The notes below the pieces were generated by a model, which did no database searches, had not been told where the DNA came from, and saw nothing but the letters and a program-made list of their open reading frames with translations. DNA of 64,000 nt, from NCBI RefSeq assembly GCF_009914755.1, contig NC_060938.1, one strand, 5' to 3'. The stretch is from the human T2T-CHM13v2.0 reference genome, Homo sapiens. The position numbers and the translations under genes are program-made. This document shows positions 47,971-60,489 of this stretch, piece by piece. Each line of letters opens with the position of its first letter. Within the stretch, counting starts at the first letter, position 1.

Positions 47971-48909
47971 ACACATATCCAGATGGGATGGATTGTGTAT
48001 GGCCAGGCTCAGCAGAGAGGATAGAGATGGCCAAGTTAGGACCCCAGGAGGAGCTGAGGGACTGTAGGAGGGAAGTTGAGAGCCTCTGAAAGGACCCGTG
48101 AGTGTGCCTGAGCTGTGAGTTAAACCAAAGCTGTTGTGTTTCCCAGGAGCCCAAGAAAATGGTGCTACAGTGAAGGGTGTGGGGACGTGGCTGTAAATAG
48201 GCAGTGGATGGGTGCAGGAGGGGAAGGGAGTTAAAGGGGTTAAGAACTAGGAAGGAGAGCAAGGGATCTGGCATTCCTTAAAGAAGTAGGCTCACGAATA
48301 AGCTGTCAAATGCCTCTTGCCTGGGCTTCCATCCAGATGTCAAAGATAAATTCTAGGCATGTTTCCCATCTGACAAATACCACAGAGTGAGGAAGGAGAT
48401 GGAGTGGTTGCTAGTAGAGAACACCCTGGACATAGCAGCAGCCCGTCCTTGTCCACACATGGCCCTGCCTGTCCTCCATCCTCACAGCTCAGAGGTTCTC
48501 ATCCTTGTCTTGTTGTGGGAAAAATGTCCTGTTCTTGGAACCTTAAGAAGACCTCCAGACACACGTGGGTGGTAAAGTCTACCATAAATCTGGCATTTTC
48601 AAACAAGTCCTCTCTCTACTTTTCATCATTGTGTTCATGAAGCTTCAGTGTAAGTGAAATAAGTCAGTCACTAAACAGTAAAAACCAAAAAAAAAAAAAA
48701 AATCACATATTTACCTGTGTTGGGATGACTCCCAGGTTTCAGAATCAAATAATTGGACAGAGAAGCACAACTGTTGGTGCTCAGGACTTCTGGACACCAC
48801 ACATTGAAATTGAAATTCACAGATACACATATGTTAGTAAAATGGAAAACCTCACTTTCATTCAATGTTTGAGGTTCCTTGATCAATTAGGAAATACTAA
48901 AGGCAGATT

Positions 48910-49390
48910 TGTTAAAGAAAAAATGTATATACAAAGACACTTTCTACAGCACAGTAAGGAAGACTTTATCCAGGGCCCTCATGATAGGTGTAGGGACCAG
49001 GGCAGTGGGATTTTGCAATGAGGGAGAGATTCAGCAGAACTCCAAATACAGAGTGAGAACGTGGGGATTTATAGGCATGCAGCAGGGTTGGGGCAAAGGA
49101 TGGAAAATCAAGAAGAAACATCAGGAGTGAGGTAAATCCTGCTTAAGGCAACCTGCCAGGATTTTTGTTGAAGTTAGCCCAGGGTGATCAGATGTCACCC
49201 AAGTTATGGTGAAGGACAAGGAAACTGATCAGATATCCAGGAAAATCAGACACTCAGTATGGGGAAATCTGGCTAAATCAACACACCAGAATTCCAGGTC
49301 AAACCGAATTTCACATGAAGTGGAGAGAGAGGGGCTTAGGATAAAATTCAGGAGCTCCCAACATCTGGTGAAGCAAGTTAGCTTCATCAG
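48910..49390 (-). mobile_element. MER31-like LTR
   Basis: tgttaaagaaaaaat...gtaaggaagacttta...tagggacca...gggattttgcaatg resembles the recalled MER31 sequence. Confidence 0.6.
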
Positions 49391-51104
49391 GTTGGGACAC
49401 ATAAATGGTAGCACTTTTGCTGACCAAACTCACAACTAAATGAAATGAGAACAATGTGTCACAAACATGTAAATTGAACCATTTCCTGAATTTCTGGAGA
49501 TTCTGAGTGGCAGAATGAGCTGAGGTGTGATAGATCAATGGGTGTCCTAATTCTGAACCCACAATTAGTTCTAAGGAGTGTTCACTGACAAAAGAACAGC
49601 TCAAGTTTCCCACATGTACAAACACCTGACTCCATGAATCTGCAGCCGGGGGTCTCTGCAGGCTCTGAGGTTCAGAGGACAGATCCCACCTCAGATTCAG
49701 CCTCAGGTAATTATCTGCTCTTCCTGTGGGGAGGAGAGGAACAGTGTGGAAGGAGGGTCAGCTGTACTCTACTCAGGATCTCTGTTCATGGAGCAGAACA
49801 CTGAAAGTGGGGAACACACGTCCTAAACACGTCGCAATTCCACGAGAGAAAGACAATTCTGCGTCAGGATATTCTGCGGAATCAAGGAATAAAGCAATTG
49901 GGGCAAATGTAGGAATCACCGCTGTTAATAGACTGCATGTTTGTTTCTATGTCATCCACAGAAATGAAGTAAAAGTGTGTGTTCTGTATAGAACCCACAG
50001 CGTGTGGGCCCTGAGTCAGCACCTCCCTCCGTCCACCTGCAGGGGGCACAATGCACCCGACTCAGGTGCCTGGGGCTGCTCTCTGACGTCCATGCCATGG
50101 CTGGTGCTGGAGCCACATCCTCTGCTCCACTCTCAGGAGAAGAACGAGCTCTGTGCTGATCTGAGCAGAGCCACTGCTGGGAGTCACGGGGGTCCCCGAT
50201 GGGAAACTTTGACACGAATCTGACTCAGTGATCTTGCTGGACCTTCCTAGACCAGCACAGAAGTTTAGGAAAGTTCTACCCAGTTCTCCTCCCTCTCTCC
50301 TTCACTCAGGGACTGACTTCCCTCGTATACCTTCAGCTTCCCCAGCCGCCTTCCACCCCCTCTGCATTTCCTCTCAAAAGCATGAACAGGTTCCTTAGGA
50401 ACCTGTACACAAACTTAATCCAGTCATAGAATGTGCCTCTCCGAAGACAAACACTAACACACATGTGTTGGCAAATCTGTTTATAACACCAGCCAGATTC
50501 TATTGATAAATATGAAATATGAACTAAGCATGGCAATCACCAGTTTTATGTGTCTGCTTGGCTAGAACATAGTCTCAATTATCAAATCAGACACTAATGT
50601 AGGTGTTGCTCTGAAGGTTTAATATAGGTGTTATTGAAACCTGCCATCAATTTTCTTAAGCTAGGAAGATAGTGCTAGTTAAACTTGGTGTGCCTGATTT
50701 AATTTTAGCAGAACAGAAGACAATAAAGTTCCCTGGTGGATGGCAGGTGCAGCTGTTTCCAAGAATTCCAGCCTGTCCTTCCTGTCCTTCCTGATGACCG
50801 GCCCTAGACATGCTTAGACAGAACACACAATTGCTGTCACCAGGAAATCTCCACACACTGGAGTGTCCACGATCAGCTCCCCTAAAGTCACAGGTAAGAA
50901 AAATGACACAGAGACAGTTTAAGCAGATCAAGATCGCAAATCTAGACAGGGTTCCTGGGGAAACTGTTAGATACAGAAACAGCAAAGACTCTGAAAGGAA
51001 ACCAGCCCTTAACCTTCCTGAGCAACTTGTCCCAGTGTTAACCGTGTTTTCAGTGTGTCTTGAGTGCCCTCTGCAGCCCAGGCCCCTCCTGTCTTCCTGC
51101 AGGA

Positions 51105-51143
51105 GGTTTTTGTCTGGGCTCTCGCTGACTTCCCCTCACTGTG
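51105..51143 (-). promoter_or_regulatory. 23-RSS of IGHV3-9 (perfect consensus heptamer and nonamer)
   Basis: CACAGTG (51137-51143), 23-nt spacer, ACAAAAACC (51105-51113). Confidence 0.97.
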
Positions 51144-51589
51144 TATCTTTTGCACAGTAATACAAGGCCGTGTCCTCAGCTCTCAGACTGTTCATTTGCA
51201 GATACAGGGAGTTCTTGGCGTTGTCTCTGGAGATGGTGAATCGGCCCTTCACAGAGTCCGCATAGCCTATGCTACCACTATTCCAACTAATACCTGAGAC
51301 CCACTCCAGGCCCTTCCCTGGAGCTTGCCGGACCCAGTGCATGGCATAATCATCAAAGGTGAATCCAGAGGCTGCACAGGAGAGTCTCAGGGACCTGCCA
51401 GGCTGTACCAAGCCTCCCCCAGACTCCACCAGCTGCACTTCACACTGGACACCTGCAAACACAGAGACACCAAGGTCAGAAACTGCCACACAAATCCACT
51501 CATGTCCACTCACACTCAATCTCTCTATTTCTCCATGAATCACCTTTTAAAATAGCCAAAAGGAAAATCCAGCTCAGTCCCAACTCCAT
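51144..51589 (-). CDS. IGHV3-9: Ig heavy variable 3-9 gene segment (leader exon 51589-51544; exon 2 51452-51144), *01-like
   Basis: Leader [19 protein letters not shown]; [60 protein letters not shown]. Confidence 0.98.
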
Positions 51590-51715
51590 GGTGAGTCCTC
51601 TGTGTTCAGTGCTGATCACTGAATGGAAACACCTGGGAATCTCAGGGCTGGGGCTCCTCTCCCAGAGCTGCAGGGTCAGGGCTGGGCTGGTTTTCATCAG
51701 CAGAGGGAGGGCCCT

Positions 51716-51723
51716 ATTTGCAT
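51716..51723 (-). promoter_or_regulatory. Ig octamer of the IGHV3-9 promoter
   Basis: Exact ATGCAAAT ~127 bp upstream of the ATG. Confidence 0.95.
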
Positions 51724-52339
51724 GTCTCCTACTATATAGCGGGTTCTGGAAGGGATGCCTCTGAGTGGGCTGTGTCCCAGAGTGATTACACTTCATAAAC
51801 AATTAATTCTTATTAGCATTTCTACTGTATAGATGCACATGAAGTATGTTCTGTGGCAGTCAATGTTTCCTTCATTTACAGATGTGAAGGTAAACCCCCA
51901 AGCATGGAGAGGCCATGTGACGTGTCTAAGAGCTCACATCTGGTAAGATGTGGTAAGTCTCAGTGTCTGGCCTGTGTTGCTCAGGACTGGATCCGACTGC
52001 TCCCTAAATTAACTCTAGGACAGAGCTAGAAATTCCCAGTGAGGTTTACGAAACACTCTTCTTATAAGGATATCATGATATTATTTGGCTGTATCTTAGT
52101 GTTTTTATAAATAATATAGAAAAACTGAGTGCTAATTCACATGTGGATTCAGGAGTCTGTGACTTTTCTTGTATTATTTTTATCTTTCTTTTAATCCTTT
52201 TCTACCAAATTATACACTTCCATTTTTAATAGTTTTAATGAGGTAATATTGACAAATAACAATCTTCAAACAATACATTCAAAATTTGACAAATATTGAC
52301 ATAATTATCACCATTCACAGAGAAAACAATTCAGTCAGT

Positions 52340-52645
52340 CTAGAGATTTCTCAAAGAACTTAAAACAGAGCTACTATTCCCCTCAGCAATCTCATTACTG
52401 GGTATATGCCCAAGAGAAAACCAATCATTGTAACAAAAAGACACATCCACTCATGTGTTTATCTCTGTGCAATTCACATTACCTAATACAGGGAATCAAC
52501 CTAAACGCCCATCAGTTATAGACTGCATAAAGAAAACATGGTACTTATACACAGTGCAATACTCTGCAGCTATAAAAAAGAATGAAATCATGTTTTTGCA
52601 GCAAATTGGTTGGAGCTGGAGGCCAAAATTCTAAGCAAACTGACA
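52340..52645 (+). mobile_element. L1PB-like fragment
   Basis: ctcaaagaacttaaaacagagctac...aaaaagaatgaaatcatgt. Confidence 0.75.
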
Positions 52646-53814
52646 TAGAAACTGATGATAGAGTCCATGGGAGAGGAAACAAACATTTTGGAAGTTTCTC
52701 TGTGTAAAATTGAGGAAAGAAATCCCCCTGCGTACGTGAATTTTTGAAATAGACAAGGCTGGAGACACTCATGTCCTGACTTCCATTTCATTAGGTTGTG
52801 CTTTTTCTCATTTTCAGTCAGTTAAAATTGCTTTCCTTCACTTTGGGTAAAATAGCAACACATAGTAATCTGAATACATTAAAATAAAAATAACATATTG
52901 GAACATGAGAACAAGTGCTAGCTTTTAGGTCAAACTTAGTGTAGATTCAATGTGATAGGAGACATGGCTGAATACTAGCAGTGTGCTCACAGTAATTTTA
53001 TCTAAATTAGGAAAATTTGTTTACATCTTTTAGATTAGATTCTCATTGAAATCCTTGATCTGATATCATCTCTGATGAATCATACATCAGTAACAAAACT
53101 GTAGGTTATGCACTCAATTGAGTAGTGCAAACTTTCATTCAGAATTTGCTCCTCTACATGATGCAAAGTCAGCCCGGATGGCAGAAGTTATTGCAGCCAA
53201 CAGAGCTCATCAATAAGCCAAAGACAAGGATTAAACACGTGTTCTAGAGGAGTGCCTGACTTTGGGATGCTCTTCACAGAAAGAAATTTCTCCCACCTTC
53301 TGGAACACGTAAAAATGCACAATAAAATAATAAATTTTAGATATGTACTCCTGCATTTTAGAGACCTGACTAATGTGTTGAGGGTGGGGATCTAGTTTTG
53401 TTCTTCTGCATGTTTCTATCCATTTTCCCAAGTACCATTTATTGAATGGGACGTCCTTTCCCTGGTGTATATTTTGTTAAGTTTGTCAATATCACTTGGC
53501 TATACATTGTGTGGCTGAATTCTGGGTTCTGTACAATGTACCTTCAGAAACATTGATAGTTTATTAACATTGAGAAACAGGACTAATTGACTGTAGGTGA
53601 CTCTGCCTTTGGTGCATGGGAGAAAATTTTTCTCTTGTTACAACAAATGTTTATTCTTCAGAGACTTCACAGTAAGAACAAGATAAGGAATCCAGAGACG
53701 TGCCCCCGAGGGAACTGTTTTATGGAGAGGAAGCCACAGGGCTGACGGGAAACCAGATCTTAACCCCCGTCTGCACCTGCCCTGGGGCTGGCTCTTGTGC
53801 TCAGTGGGTCCTGA

Positions 53815-53889
53815 GCGCCCCCAGGTGGTCCTCTGCCCACTTCAGGGAGGCTTGTTTCTGGGCTCACACTGACATTTTTTCTAATTGTG
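53815..53889 (-). other. Orphan V-downstream module: CTCF motif plus decayed RSS, with no V exon
   Basis: GACCACCTGGGGGCGC (53815-53830), nonamer-like AAACAAGCC (53849-53857), spacer ctgggctcacactgac identical to IGHV3-7, heptamer-like CACAATT (53883-53889). Confidence 0.7.
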
Positions 53890-55309
53890 TTCCCCAAAAT
53901 GGAGACAGAGTAAACCGTGAATCCATGCATCTCAGAGAACACAGAACAGCAGAATGACACTCCCTGCTCCCCCCACACACATTTAGCTAAATCTTATTAA
54001 AACTGCTGAAAACCAAAGAAAAATAGAAATACATGCAGGCAATTTGAGGTGAGTAGAAGGGGCATTCCTTCCAAAAAAGCAGAAAAAATGATGACAGCAT
54101 TCTTCTGGATAAAACCTTACAAGCAAGAGGAAAATTGACGGTATCTGTAAAGTTTTGGAAGAGAAGTCAACCCATTGTTTTATAACCCATGGATGTTCTC
54201 TAAAAAGTGAACAAAAAAAGTTCTATTTCTCTTTGATAGCATGAGGGGCTCAATGAATCCATGCCCTCATGAGACCAGTGAAAATTATTTTGAAAAAATA
54301 CAGGGTTTGGAAAGGCTCTCACAGCATACAGCAAGTGAAGAAACATTTATTCAAGAAAATCTACAAAATTCAGTAAGTCTAGCCATCATAATTGATCTAA
54401 GATGCTCCTCCTTCCTTCCACATCCCAACTCAGCATGATGTAAACTCCACTGCAAACAGATGTAGCCAAGAAGACAGGACACCTTCTACCCAGCTCCCTT
54501 CAGAGGAAACTGTTCCCCAGGAGCCAGGACATTGGCCCTCTGACTCTGCCCACAGTACACGATCCTAAGGCTCAGTTCTGGACAAAAGCTACTGAGAGCC
54601 AGAGACTCGCTTCTTCCATGGAGCCCCACTCGTGGATGGAGGCTCTACCCTGGGTCCAGTGTCACTGGGAACATTCGGTCCCTGGTTTCTAGCTCTGCTC
54701 CTATGGCAGAGGTTCTCCCCACCAGAACTGGAGTGCTGAGAAGGTGGGAAGCTTCTATCCAACCCTCCACTGAGCGCTCATCTCCTAGGCTGAGGAAGAA
54801 AAAAGCTCATCTTTGTCTCCACATGCAGAATGTTGGTTACGTGCTCTGTCCCAGGAGAGAGGGGGCACTGGAATTCAGTCATAAAATATGATCCTTAATA
54901 TGGCTCTAAACATCCTAACTTCAATAACAACAGAATGTGGAAAAGTTCAAAGCCAGTCAGTGCACTCAAAATAAGTGGAGGTTGTGGAGTAAGGCCCTTG
55001 GAAGGAGATGGGTGCATGCATGGGAGATGCAGGCTAAACTGCAGGGCTGCTGGCTTGCAGGGAAAACTGAGAAGGGGCAGAGCTGGGAGACATTCTCTTG
55101 TGGTTGGAACAAATGCTGCACACTGTTCAAAGGAGCCCGTGTTTGTTTCGTTCAGTCTGTGAAGCAGTTCAAACCTCAGTGCATTGTTGAAAATAGTAGA
55201 ATTTTCCATCTGCAAGTGGCGGAGCTCAACATCTGGGTCTGGTCAGGAAAGAGACAGAGAGCCCAGCCCAAACCACTGACACCTGAGGATGACCGTGGTG
55301 CTTACAGAT

Positions 55310-57500
55310 GTGTCCCTTTGATCATTGAGACTGGCTTCTCTCACTTAGCATCATGTCTGGAGTTCACCTGTAATGGTTTGTGTATCAGTCATTTTGTTAT
55401 TTTTTATTGCTGATGGTATTCAATTAATAGACACTTCCTACTTTTTACCTATTCAAATTTTGAGACATTCATGTTACTTTTTGTTTCTATCGTGCACACA
55501 CACACGTGAGCACAATATATTGAACATTTAAATGGAAGTTTGTTGTGAATCTAAGATTGTATTTCTCTGACACAAATATTCAGGAGTGGGATATTTAGGT
55601 CATATATTAAGAAAATGTTTGATTTTAGAAAAAACTATAAATTATTTTCCTGAGTAGCAGTTTCATTTTGCATTCCTGTTTGCAACGTTTTAGAGTCTTG
55701 GACCCTGATATGCTCACCAGCATTGGTATTATCTGTATTTCTTCTTAATTTCTAAAAATTGTATAGTAGTGTCTCACTGTCGGCTTGATTTGAATTTTTC
55801 GAATGGAAAATCCTGTTGCGAGCCCATTTATATGCCTATGTGTCATCTGTACATCTTATTTGATGAAATGTCTGCACAAACCTTTGCCTATTCTATCCAT
55901 GGGTTGTTTCTTTTTTTCACAGTTGAGTTCTGAGGGTTCTTATTATACTTATGTTGGTGGCTAATGATTTGCAAACAGTTTCTCATCTGAAACTTGACAT
56001 TCATTTTCTTATAGTCATTTGAGTATAAAACGTTTTCAAATTTAATGAGGTTCAACTGATATTCATTTCATTTATTGATTATATTTTAAATCAACTTTTA
56101 AGATCATTGGTCAACTGTTAATTATTTTATATTTTTAATTTTATTTGTGTGTACATTTACTTGTATAAACTTAAGGACTACGAATGCCACTTTTGCACAT
56201 GGCTATATTCCATAGTGGTCTTGGCTTTTAGTGTACTATCACCCAAATAATGTACATTGTACCCACTAGGTAATGTCTCCTCATGCTCCCACCTTCCACC
56301 TCCCATCCTTCTAAGTCTCTGGTGTCCATCATTTCTCTCTCCATATCCTTGTGGACACGTTGTTACCTTCCACTTATAAATAATAACATGTGACATGTGA
56401 CTCTCTGTTTGTGAGTTAGGTCACTAATTATGTTGTCTTCCAGTTCTATGCATATTGCTGCAAAAGACAGTTTCATTCCTTATTGTGGCTGACTAGTATT
56501 GAATTGTGCATATATGCTATATTCTTTTATAAAATCATCTGTTGGTGGACACTCAGGTTGACATATGTGCTGTTGATAATAGTTTTGTGATAAACATAGA
56601 AGTGTGGATATCTTTTGGAAATAAAAAATTATTTTCCTTTGGGTAGTAAACCCAGTAGTGGGATTGCTGGATCAAAGGGGAGTTCTATTTCTAGTTTTTT
56701 GGGAAATCTCCATACCATTTTCCATAGAAGTTGTCCTCATCCACATCCTCATCAACAGTGTCTAAGAGTTCCCTTTCCTTTCCATCTTCACCAACATCTG
56801 ATATTTTTGAGTTTTTAGTAATAGTCATTGTGACTGGTGGAAGATGATATCTTATTGTGGTTTTAATTTGCATTTCCCTGATGATGAGTGATGTTGAGCG
56901 TTGTTTATATATTTATTATCCATTTTTATGTGTTCTTTTGAAAATGTCTACTCATGTCCTCTGCTAATTTTAACGGAGTTATTTGGTTCTTGTTGCTGTT
57001 GTTGTTGTAGAGTTGTTTGAGTTCCTTGCAAATTCTTCATATTAGTTCCCTGTCACAGGTGTGGTGTGGAAAAATTTTCTTTCGTTCTGCAACTTGTCTG
57101 TTCACTCCGTTGCTGTGAAAAATGCTTTAGGTTAATTAAGTCCCATTTGTCTATTTTTTTCTTGGATTTGCTTTTGGGGTCTTAGTCATAAATTCTTTAC
57201 CTAGGCCAAAGCCCAGAAGAGTTGTCCTGGTGTTTTGTTTGAGTAGATTTATAGTTTGAGGTCTTATATGTAAGTCTTTAATTCATTTTGTGTTGAGTAT
57301 ATATGTGTTGAGGGTGGGGGTCTAGTTTTGTTCTTCTGCACGTGGCTAACCAATTTCCCCAGCACCATATATTGAATGGGTATATTGAATTTCATATATT
57401 GAATTTCTCTGGTGTATTTTTTTGTTAATTTTTGTAAAGTTTGTCAAAGAAGACTTGGTTATAGATTGTGTGGCTCAATTCTGGGTTCTGTACAATGTAC
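55310..57500 (-). mobile_element. Nested old L1 fragments (L1ME-like 55310-56100; L1MA/PB-like 3' end 56130-57500)
   Basis: Antisense L1 motifs; ORF 56691-56873 (MQIKTTIRYHL) is the L1 ORF2 C-terminus. Confidence 0.8.
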
Positions 57501-58360
57501 GTGAGAGCCTTGATTCACCTGGGGCCTCAGTACTGACCTGCTCACAGACTGAAGTCTGTTGACTCAGTGGTGTTTCTGAGTGTAGTGATTCGTTGTCATG
57601 GGTTGGTTTTTCTAAAATCATGGACAATTCTGTTTTTATGTTCAAACATGAGCTAGACATTTCATAAGAAATGTGTTTTTGAAGTTTCCATTTCTTTTCC
57701 ACATTGCCCCTCGGACATGTTGAAATGGGTTTCTGATGTCAAGATGAGGCAATTTTCTTTCCAAGTGTCAGATTTTTTACTTCTCTGGATATTTGTGGGC
57801 TCCCTGTGTGGAAATAAGCCTCATCCATCACATCTACCTTATGGAATTTTTAGAAATTTATTTGTGCACTGCCCATGTGAGACACTCCATGATGAGGACA
57901 TATTGCATCTGTCTGATTGTTTCATTAAATTACTTTACTAGCATACCTTCCACCCTAGAAGAGAAGATGCTATCCAGATTTTCATAATTCCTCCTGCTCT
58001 CTTATCTCCACATTCTTCTTTGACATCATTTCTGCAGTTTAAGAATGGCATATGCTATGGACATTTGTATTTGGTCCCTTAAAGTGGTATGAGTCTAAGA
58101 AACTGGTGGCCACATATCAGTGATGCATCTGGCTCAAGTAACAGGAACCTTTCATGCTGAATCTTTGTCAAACAGGATACAGCCTCTGCTTGCATGAACC
58201 ACTAACAGGGGTCATGCCATTTATTACTAAAGAAGAGGGAGGAAGACAAGGCTCTGAGTCAGATAGGATAAGACACCCAGACCCTGACAGGAAATGGCAT
58301 CTCAGCCACACTTTCCTGTTCTGCAGAGGTGGGGAGGGAGCGCCACTGAGAAGCAGCCTG

Positions 58361-58399
58361 GGTTCTTGTACAAGAGGCACCCTGGGCTCTGTCTCTGTG
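58361..58399 (-). promoter_or_regulatory. 23-RSS of IGHV2-10
   Basis: CACAGAG (58393-58399), 23-nt spacer, ACAAGAACC (58361-58369): IGHV2-type signal. Confidence 0.92.
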
Positions 58400-58840
<441 letters not shown>

Positions 58841-58917
58841 GTGGTGGGGCACAGGAGTCACTGAACTAGGTCCCCATGCTCGGCTTTTCAACACAGAGAA
58901 GGGTGGAGCTGGTGGAG

Positions 58918-58925
58918 ATTTGCAT
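58918..58925 (-). promoter_or_regulatory. Ig octamer of the IGHV2-10 promoter
   Basis: Exact ATGCAAAT ~78 bp upstream of the ATG. Confidence 0.9.
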
Positions 58926-60489
58926 CCCCTCTTCTGAGCCCTACCCTATGGGGTGCACTCAGGTCTCAGGACTCAGTAAGGGAGCGCATCTGTGGTGAAG
59001 AGCAGTGAGCCCTCAGTTGTGGGCGTCCACGTGTGCTCTCCATGGGGGACACTGTCTCATTTCAGGACCATAGCTCTCAGTCAAGGCTTGAGGCTCCTGC
59101 TGCTACAGACAGGGTCTTCTTGGATGTTCACCCAGGGGGCGTGGAACCTTCTGGTTTTAGTCCTAGAGGATGAGAGTAGAAATCAAGAGAGCTGCCGTTC
59201 TTCACTTCAAGAGAAATAAGGGTGGGCATCTGGGAGAGCAGGGGGCTCCCACCAAGCATTCTGGTCAAAATCCTCTTTGATTAGGAGAAAAGGTGATGAC
59301 TTTTTTAAAATTGGAGAGGATAAATAAAAAAAACATTTAAAAATGTATTATGTGTGTGTGCACACAGCTGCATTCCTATGGGAAAATTCCATGAATAATC
59401 GATGTTGTCCGTGTCCCCTGTCAGCTCTGTAGAGAGAGTAGACTGCATGCATGACTTCCCTTTTCTCAGCCCATGAATGAGCAGATGCTTTGGGCAAGGG
59501 AATTGGAAGACTCTTCAGAGAGCAACTTGCTGACTGTTGCAGCCTTGCTCTGCACCTGCACTGGATGTGGTCTCTGTGCTTATAAGGCCATGGATACTCC
59601 CTTTAGTTCACGTTGTCCTCATTACTACATAAAATAATGGACAGAAACGGAACATTTCTAGAACAGTGCGCTGATACATACACACCTCCATGCTAGCCAT
59701 TCAGAGATTCATAAGTTAGTGGAAGTTCATCATTTTCACTGCTGCCATAAAGTAGTATCATTTTGTAACTCATAATGTTGTTGGGAAACCATAGTTCTAC
59801 AATAATTGAAGTCTGGTGATTTACGCTGGGCCTATTGTTGAGAGATTTGGTTGTCAACTGGAGAAAGCAAGACTAAGGGGCAGTGAGATAAAATAATTAA
59901 ACATGCTCAACGCTCTCAGATTCACAGAATATCCTGGATGTAGCTCATGGAAGGGAAGAAAGTGACATTCAAGGTCATAGACAATAGTCCTTGGGTATTT
60001 ACATAACTGACCTCAGAGAATCTCATCTATAACTGCCTTTCTCTTGCCTTTGGCTGTAGTAGTGTTTTGGAGTGTGGGTAATTATTAAGATATGAATTTA
60101 CACTTGTCATCCATAATAGGAAATGAATTTTTCTGAGTTAATTATTAGAATGAAACAACCCTTAATTTTCTAAGACATATACTATAACCTGTGAGACAGT
60201 ATACTGAGAAAATAGGACTGTATTAGTACTAAAAATTGATATTAGAAGTTGAGATGATATGAAGCGAAATGTTTCTCAGTGCCCCTTCATCTCGATTTCT
60301 GTAGTTGACAACCAAATCTCTCAATAGAGCCCAGTGTAAATCACTAGTCTTTAATTATTGCAGAATTATAGTTTCCCATCAACACCATGAGTTGTGTAGT
60401 GATCCTACTCTATGGCAGCAGTGCAAATAACTAGCTTCCACTAATTTATGGATCTTGTATTGACCTGCTTATTATTATTTTATGATTAA

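Noticed and set aside
49726-50223. 165-aa ORF downstream of IGHV3-9
   Set aside because: No recognisable domain, and the frame is not conserved in the paralogous 3-6 and 3-7 cassettes
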